A program made the translations under genes and the position numbers. The notes beneath the pieces are model-generated. The model ran no database searches, was not told the DNA's origin, and saw only the letters and a program-made list of their open reading frames with translations. A stretch of DNA of 64,000 nt from an uncultured Fluviicola sp. (GTDB lineage: Bacteria; Bacteroidota; Bacteroidia; Flavobacteriales_D; Crocinitomicaceae). Shown here in pieces: positions 59,101 to 64,000 of this stretch (its first letter is position 1; every line of letters starts with the position of its first letter). Where the stretch lies: the NCBI GenBank assembly GCA_964585545.1, contig CAZPDT010000016.1, forward strand, positions 17,845 through 81,844. Reading direction: 5' to 3'.

Positions 59101-59923
59101 TAATGGGAACATTGTCATTTACCGTAACCACAGCTTTTTCGATATCCTCGATACTTTCCACATATCCAAGACCTCTTACCAAGTACTCCGCTTTATTGAT
59201 TTCAATGGTTTTGGCTCCAATATCTCGATTTGATTTCTTTACAGCATTCATCACATCATAAAGTGGGATATCATAAGTTTTCAAGGCATCGGGATCTACA
59301 TCGATTTGATATTCTTGAACATAACCTCCAATGGAAGCCACTTCAGAAACTCCTTCCACCGCATTAAGGTTGTATTTTACAAAGAAATCTTGTACCGTTC
59401 TGATTTCATGCAAATCCCAACCACCTGTTGGATTTCCGTCTTGATCTCGGCCTTCCAAGGTATACCAATACACTTGCCCCAACGCCGTAGCATCAGGTCC
59501 CAGAGCAGGTTGAACATCATCAGGAAGTAAATTTGAAGGAAGCGAATTCAGCTTCTCAATTATTCTCGATCTTGACCAATAGAATTCAACATCTTCATCG
59601 AAAATAATATAGATGCTACTGAATCCGAATATGGAAGAGCTCCGAATCGACTTTACTCCTGGAATTCCCAGTAAAGAAGTCGTTAAAGGATAAGTAATTT
59701 GATCCTCGATATCTTGAGGCGACCTTCCCATCCATTCGGTAAAAACGATTTGTTGATTTTCTCCAATATCTGGAATAGCATCAACGGCTACAGGATCTGA
59801 GGGCAAGAACCCAATGTTCCAACTGAAAGGAGAAGTGACCAAACCCCATCCTATAAATAAAACTAATATCAAAAAGGTTACTAACTTGTTTTCAAGAAAG
59901 TACCGAATAACTTTATTCAACAT
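56126..59923 (-). CDS. cusA: CusA/CzcA-family heavy-metal efflux RND transporter (long Bacteroidota form, 1265 aa)
   Basis: It has the ACR_tran layout with 12+ TM helices. Recognisable blocks are MLNKVIRYFLENKLVTFLILV, QIVFTEWMGRSPQDIEDQITYPL and GIATDDGVLM. Confidence 0.85.
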   Translation of the reverse strand: MLNKVIRYFLENKLVTFLILVLFIGWGLVTSPFSWNIGFLPSDPVAVDAIPDIGENQQIVFTEWMGRSPQDIEDQITYPLTTSLLGIPGVKSIRSSSIFGFSSIYIIFDEDVEFYWSRSRIIEKLNSLPSNLLPDDVQPALGPDATALGQVYWYTLEGRDQDGNPTGGWDLHEIRTVQDFFVKYNLNAVEGVSEVASIGGYVQEYQIDVDPDALKTYDIPLYDVMNAVKKSNRDIGAKTIEINKAEYLVRGLGYVESIEDIEKAVVTVNDNVPIRIKDIAVVNLGPSTRRGLLDKDGAEVVGGVAVARYGANPLQVINNIKDKVDEIASGLPKKTLADGTESQLTIVPFYDRTELINETIGTLEEALSLELLIVVLVVVVMVLNLRASILISSLLPVAILMVFIAMRYFNVDANIVALSGIAIAIGTMVDLGIILSENVIKHIKESPKSQKLIDTVYNGVAEVSSAILTAVTTTIVSFIPVFTMEAAEGKLFRPLAFTKTFALLASLIVVLIILPTLTHLVFKINIKKNTKGIVLNTLLIVGGLFVAMWMSLWGGLTLLAFGIAWFITEYSKQNRISKNLTVYITVVSVVWLLAKYWMPLGPSNSLFMNFLFVGLIVTLILGAFYFLEKYYTKILHWCLNNKVKFLLIPSFLILFGATIWMGFNTMFGFIATGFDKVGVNIRTTSVWSGLNHSMPGLGKEFMPSLDEGSFLLMPTSMPHAGIEQNKQVIQQLDMLLSNIPEVELSVGKMGRVESALDPAPISMYENVINYKSEYILNKKGHRERFKVDEDNNFILKNGDTLSTEEAIHKNIGREDLISDDSGQYFRNWRENIRSPDDIWDEIIKVTNIPGVTSAPKLQPIETRLVMLQTGMRAPMGIKVFGPDLETIEDFGMQLESILKEVPSVKKEAVFADRIVGKPYLHFDIDRDAISRYGLNIEDVQQTLETAVGGMEITSTVEGRKRFPVRVRYPRELRDDPSQLEKVFVPTPTGVQVPLIELVDIEYVRGPQMIKSENTFLVGFVLFDKKDDAAEVDVVEDAQRFIKDKIDNGELIVPSGVNYEFSGNYENQVRAEERLAIIVPLVLVVIFLILYFQFRSVSTSLMIFTGIAMAFSGGFIILWFYGQDWFLNFNFFGMNMRELFQMKAVNMSVAVWVGFIALFGIATDDGVLMGTYLDQSFKRNKTNSIEEIKEVVVIAGQRRIKPAIMTSATTIIALLPILTSTGRGSDIMIPMAIPAFGGMLLASITYFIVPVLYYWKEEYKLKKESK

Positions 59924-60021
59924 AACAAATAATTAAAAATGAAAAATATATTCATTGAGGAATGCGAAAAACATCCTCTTCTTTCAATCTAGATCAAATG
60001 AAAGTTTAATCTTTTGTTATT

Positions 60022-60459
60022 CTAAATGATGAATACTTGATGCAAGACAGAAATATCTCGATCAAGACTAGGGGGGTGATAAGATTCAAATGAAGATTTG
60101 TCTTTTTTCAAAAACAAGTTGTTGCTTACAAAAGAGTAAGCAAATGCCATCACAAATTTAAAGTCTAAATGTGGAATTGAAGTAACTTGGGATTGATTAT
60201 AGTCAATGTCTGCAGAAATCGAAGTGTATTCGTTTTCGCAACATCCTTTCTTTTGAATGGATTCTTTGTGTTCGTTATAGTCAACATTTGCGCAGTCTTC
60301 CATTTCTGATGGAGTCATACCGCAACTTATATCTGAATGAACCAAACTAAAGGCAGATTCTACCGCTTCACCTCCGCAATAATGCGTAATGTGCGTTAGT
60401 CCAAGGTTTAAAACGAGGATAACGAGCATCAGTGATATGGATAAAATTCTTTTTAGCAT
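60022..60459 (-). CDS. HYC_CC_PP-family small membrane-anchored protein (metal-efflux associated)
   Basis: The ATG at 60459 gives MLKRILSISLMLVILVLNLG. The motifs THYCGGE, KKGCCENE and YHPPS appear in order, and the gene lies directly upstream of cusA. Confidence 0.55.
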   Translation of the reverse strand: MLKRILSISLMLVILVLNLGLTHITHYCGGEAVESAFSLVHSDISCGMTPSEMEDCANVDYNEHKESIQKKGCCENEYTSISADIDYNQSQVTSIPHLDFKFVMAFAYSFVSNNLFLKKDKSSFESYHPPSLDRDISVLHQVFII

Positions 60460-60755
60460 TGCTGATAATAATAACAAACATAAGTAAAAAAAGTTGAGAA
60501 ACGGAGAAGAAATCTGTTAAAATTTTGATTTTAAGGAGCTAACTTTCTTTATTGCTAAATATATTCTGATTACATGCTATTTATACCCTAACATTTACCT
60601 TAGACTTTTTCGATACTTATCATTCTATTAGAATGCGTAAAGATAAAACTAGATATTTTTATCATCAACAGCTTTTATTGCAATTTACTTAGGATTTCTG
60701 AAACGATTTATTTTTGTTTCATATTTAGAAAATCTACAAGATAAAAATTACGCGT

Positions 60756-60878
60756 ATGGATATTGAACAAATTTTCAAGAACAATAGAAGTTGGGTACAG
60801 AAAAAATTAAACCTGGATGCTCAGTATTTTGAGAACTTATTAAAAGGTCAAAATCCATAGATTCTATACATAGGATAG
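60756..60878 (+). pseudogene. Relic of a beta-class carbonic anhydrase (first ~40 codons, two in-frame stops, then truncated)
   Basis: MDIEQIFKNNRSWVQKKLNLDAQYFENLLKGQNP-TAG-ILYIG-TAG parallels the beta-CA N-terminal pattern ...NN..W......DP.FF..L..GQ.P..LWIGCSDSRV. The similarity ends abruptly after IG. Confidence 0.65.
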
Positions 60879-61005
60879 AACTGTACATGGTTTTCAATAC
60901 TATTCGCAGTATTGTTTTTAATGATTTTTCATTAATAATGATTAAATCAAATAAGGATTGTCTAACTTTAGTGTAAATAAAAGTTTAGACTTAAGCCTTT
61001 ATTAC

Positions 61006-61401
61006 ATGAACTTTATAGGAAATCTTATTTGGGTAATCTTTGGTGGACTCGATATTGCTATAGAATATCTTATTTCGAGTCTATTGCTTTTTGCAAGTAT
61101 TATTGGAATTCCTTTCGGTTTACAAACTTTGAAATTGGCAGGATTAGCTTTATGGCCATTTGGTAGAGAAACGCGGGTGATTGAAAATTCAAACTCAGGT
61201 TTATCTATAACCATGAATGTAATTTGGTTCTTGGTGGGAGGAGTTTGGATCTTTTTATCCCATTTTGTTCTGGGAATCATCTTTGCTATTTCGATGGTAG
61301 GTATTCCATGGGCAAGACAACATTTTAAAATGGCGAAACTGGCCTTAAAACCTTTCGGAAGGGAAATTGTTGAAGGTGGAGGAATATCTAAAATGGTATA
61401 A
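61006..61401 (+). CDS. yccF: YccF-domain inner-membrane protein
   Basis: GNLIWVIFGGLDIAIEYL....LL.ASIIGIPFGLQTLKLAGLALWPFGRE is repeated as NVIWFLVGGVWIFLSH...GIIFAISMVGIPWARQHFKMAKLALKPFGRE. This is the duplicated DUF307 pattern. Confidence 0.75.
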   Translation: MNFIGNLIWVIFGGLDIAIEYLISSLLLFASIIGIPFGLQTLKLAGLALWPFGRETRVIENSNSGLSITMNVIWFLVGGVWIFLSHFVLGIIFAISMVGIPWARQHFKMAKLALKPFGREIVEGGGISKMV

Positions 61402-61481
61402 GGAGGTATTGTGTTTATTGATCGGAAAGTAATGAGGAGTTCTGAGTATTTAGATTCAGTATTATTCCATAAATTCTAATT

Positions 61482-62342
61482 TTGCTCAACTCCTTCAATA
61501 ATTACAACTTTAATAAAATAACTATTTTGAAAAATCTATTTCTATTATTTTTCATGCTGTATATAGCAACAGTGTGTTTTAGTCAAAAAAATCCAATTTG
61601 CAATTGCATTGAGTACAATATCACTGATTCTGATTACAGGACCCCATTGTTAGAATTTAAGGAGGCTTTTTCAGGATCACAACTTCATGAAATTTCAAAT
61701 GGTATATTCTGGGATACATTATTGGTTGAGCGTTATCTAAAGCAAACAGATTACAATTATCTTTCTGAGTTTTACAACCTGAACCTTTCAGCCGATAATT
61801 ACTATCAAGATAGTCCTGAAATTGGCTACGCAAAAGAGGAGGACACTGCTTTAATCAATTCTATATATATTCAATTTTTGAAAGAAAATAATGAACTTAT
61901 CGAAGACCGCCTTCGATTTATTTGGAGCTTAAAATCAAACGATAAATATGATAACGAAGAACTCTATTTTACATTGTACATCGTAAAAGAAGAACAAGAG
62001 AAGGATGAACTACTGACAAATAAAAACATTGAAACGGTAAGAATTAGCAGCAATGATTATAACAAAGGAGAATTTGTTGCTGTTAGTTTTGAGGAAGAAG
62101 GAAGTGAGCTTTGGCGAAAGATGACCAAGAAAAACATTGGTAAGTTCATTTCAATAATATCTGAAAATAAAGCGCTAAGTACACCAATTATTAATGGCGT
62201 TATAACTGGTGGAGAAACGATGATAACATGGAATTTCACAAAAGAAGAAAATGAAAACTTGTTTGGTTTACTCTACTGTGATAGGATTGTACAAAGAATT
62301 GGTCAGAAAAAATTTGATAAAGAGCTTAAAAAGTGTAAATAA
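61482..62342 (+). CDS. Hypothetical secreted protein; C-terminal part weakly resembles the SecD P1-head segment
   Basis: TTG start and a hydrophobic N-terminus. ...FVAVSFEEEGSELWRKMTKKNIGKFISIISENKALSTPIINGVITGGETMIT.NFTKEE resembles the SecD pattern (.F...T..N.G..LAIVLD..V.SAP.I...I.GG...I.G.F...EA). Confidence 0.3.
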   Translation: MLNSFNNYNFNKITILKNLFLLFFMLYIATVCFSQKNPICNCIEYNITDSDYRTPLLEFKEAFSGSQLHEISNGIFWDTLLVERYLKQTDYNYLSEFYNLNLSADNYYQDSPEIGYAKEEDTALINSIYIQFLKENNELIEDRLRFIWSLKSNDKYDNEELYFTLYIVKEEQEKDELLTNKNIETVRISSNDYNKGEFVAVSFEEEGSELWRKMTKKNIGKFISIISENKALSTPIINGVITGGETMITWNFTKEENENLFGLLYCDRIVQRIGQKKFDKELKKCK

Positions 62343-62647
62343 AAAGGATTGTATACTTTTTTAGAGTCGAAATAGGGATTTGTGCTTTTCATACAAAATC
62401 ATTGAAATTTGTTAAACATTTCTATTCCTTCAAATGTTAAATGATTAGAAACAATAATAGTATTGCTAATTATTCAAATCAAAGCAATGAAATTTCGGGG
62501 TAAGTGAAAGCTTAGCCCGTTTTTATTCAATAACTTCTAACTCTAATGATCTATTGGACGAATATGTTTAAATCTGATCTGTTTTTCCGGCAGTACCTTT
62601 GTAGAGTCGCCAATTATACGCTGAATTTTATTGCTCTATAAGTTATC

Positions 62648-63196
62648 TCAATTCATTTTTGCTTGTTCCCAAATTGTTTCAGAAGCTTTCAATTTCCGTC
62701 CTTCTTCAAACCCAAGAAACTCATCATTTCCATGTTTTTCTGACCAAAACCCTGTTAAAATTGAATCGTTGATCAGATTGTAAACGACAACACCTTTGTA
62801 GGTTTTACCTGCATTTTCTACTTCGCCTACGTAAGAGAAATTAATGACGAGCGTATCACCATGATAAAATCCACTTCCTTGCTGTACCTGCTCTCCACTG
62901 ATGACCCATTCTGCATTTACTCTGATCTCACTAACTTTTGAAATATGGAGAAAACCAAAATAACGACTTTGTCTTTCATCCTGATTCAACCCAATAATGT
63001 TGTAAGACCCTTCAAACGCTACTGCGTTTTTAGAAGAATTAGCAGTTTTTAATTCATTGACCAACGCTTCTCTTTTTTCTATTTCAGCTTGAATGGTTTG
63101 CACTTCTTCGTTAGAGAAAGAGTTGGTGTTTTGCAATGCTTTTTTAGAATGGGCTAGCCATTGGGTTAATTCAGCTTTGAAAGAGGAGTTGTTCAT
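62648..63196 (-). CDS. Hypothetical protein (182 aa)
   Basis: A long ORF with normal codon composition. No family was recognised. Confidence 0.4.
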   Translation of the reverse strand: MNNSSFKAELTQWLAHSKKALQNTNSFSNEEVQTIQAEIEKREALVNELKTANSSKNAVAFEGSYNIIGLNQDERQSRYFGFLHISKVSEIRVNAEWVISGEQVQQGSGFYHGDTLVINFSYVGEVENAGKTYKGVVVYNLINDSILTGFWSEKHGNDEFLGFEEGRKLKASETIWEQAKMN

Positions 63197-63288
63197 TGTT
63201 TTGGTGTTTCTTTAATCTTTTTCTTTTGGAGTTAAGTTTCGGTGGTTCTGATTTGTTTTGTTGGAGTGTTTATAAGGATAGCGGGATT

Positions 63289-63397
63289 GGGCTAAAAGCT
63301 GGCGGGCATTAGAAAGCACTTACCTGTCGGACTGCACAAAGTTTATAAATTGCACAACGGCTCAGTTTAGTACTGCCCGCCCGCTTGATTTTAGCCC
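63289..63397. other. Large imperfect palindrome directly abutting the left end of integrase/IS91 copy 2
   Basis: The arms are GGGCTAAAAGCTGGCGGGC (63289-63307) and GCCCGCCCGCTTGATTTTAGCCC (63375-63397), separated by a 67-nt spacer. Confidence 0.55.
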
Positions 63398-63398
63398 A

Positions 63399-64000
63399 TG
63401 TTGAACTCAACCTTCGGTAGCTAAAGTACAAAATTCACCGTACACATCAATAACATAAAACTTATTGATATGGAAAAGAAAAAGTATACATGGTTAAATT
63501 CCAAGCCCAATAGTGCGAAAACACTGATTGAGAGAGCAAAAAAAGAAGTGCCATTTTTCAGAGAACACTATTCCAAGTTTGAAGAACAAATGACTATTGG
63601 AGGTTATTCCCAAAGCACCTTGTTTAATTATTCGAGAGCAGTTGCGAAGGTGAGTTTACATTTTAAAAAGTCTTTATTGGATTTAGATCCAGACGAAGTA
63701 AATCAGTGGTTGTTTTTATTGGCTAAGGAAAAAACAGCGAGTTCAACGTATTTTAAACATACGGTTTATGGACTTCGTTTCTTCTTTCGCTTGTATGAAA
63801 TGGAAGATAGAGTGCTCAAATTACCTACCATTAAGAACGATAGAAAACTTCCTGTTGTTTTTTAAAGAGAAGAGCTTCGCATACTTTTTAATACACCACA
63901 AAGATTAAAACAACGGTTTTTATTTTCGCTTATTTATTCTGGAGGACTTCGTGTAGGTGAAGTTTGTCGATTAAAAATTACGGATATCGACAAAGATAGA
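63399..64000 (+). mobile_element. Integrase/IS91 element, copy 2 (left 602 nt; runs off the window)
   Basis: I noticed no differences from 46526-47127 (offset 16873). It has the same orientation. Confidence 0.8.
63470..64000 (+). pseudogene. Tyrosine integrase copy 2, same in-frame TAA (63863-63865), partial
   Basis: The 131-aa N-terminal ORF is identical to copy 1. The frame continues REELRILFNTPQRLKQ... after the TAA. Confidence 0.7.

Overview
This 64-kb window comes from a low-GC Bacteroidota chromosome, probably Flavobacteriia-like. The evidence is several Por_Secre_tail (T9SS type A) C-terminal domains, a T9SS type B cargo gene paired with PorP/SprF, TAnnTTTG-type -7 promoter boxes, and an atpBEFHAG operon without atpDC. 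The left half (1-33.7 kb) is ordinary core genome. It holds a truA fragment, a PNGase F-like T9SS cargo protein, a TPR/LuxR regulator, a 1147-aa repeat adhesin, a TonB-dependent receptor, ssb, an O-antigen-ligase-like protein, an S41 peptidase, rnpA, the PorP/type-B pair, an OM-barrel protein with six Ig-like repeats, proCBA, small lipoproteins, atpBEFHAG and a thioredoxin. Directly after the thioredoxin gene (about 33.8 kb) the window becomes a mosaic accessory region with three parts. (i) Two diverged, same-orientation IS1182-like copies (34312-35988 and 44778-46456) flank a tightly packed 8.2-kb minus-strand operon. The operon encodes an XRE-HTH regulator, a PLD-nuclease/SNF2-helicase fusion (1094 aa), a RhuM-family protein, and a 1199-aa Eco57I/MmeI-like N6-adenine methyltransferase with a possible N-terminal D..ExK nuclease motif. 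This is the best candidate for a non-canonical restriction or defence system. (ii) A tyrosine-integrase plus IS91-like (Y2 HUH) transposase element is present twice (46526-48966 and 63399 to the window edge). Both copies carry the same in-frame TAA in the integrase. (iii) Between the two copies lie a serine hydrolase cassette flanked by a 14-bp inverted repeat and a copper/silver module (CopB-type P1B ATPase, CusB, CusC, CusA, HYC_CC_PP protein), with gene relics at its edges. In both IS1182-like copies the transposase is interrupted at a conserved junction by an identical in-frame 51-nt insert carrying two stop codons. I found no rRNA, tRNA or CRISPR array. All product calls rest on motif recognition by eye. 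No database search was run.
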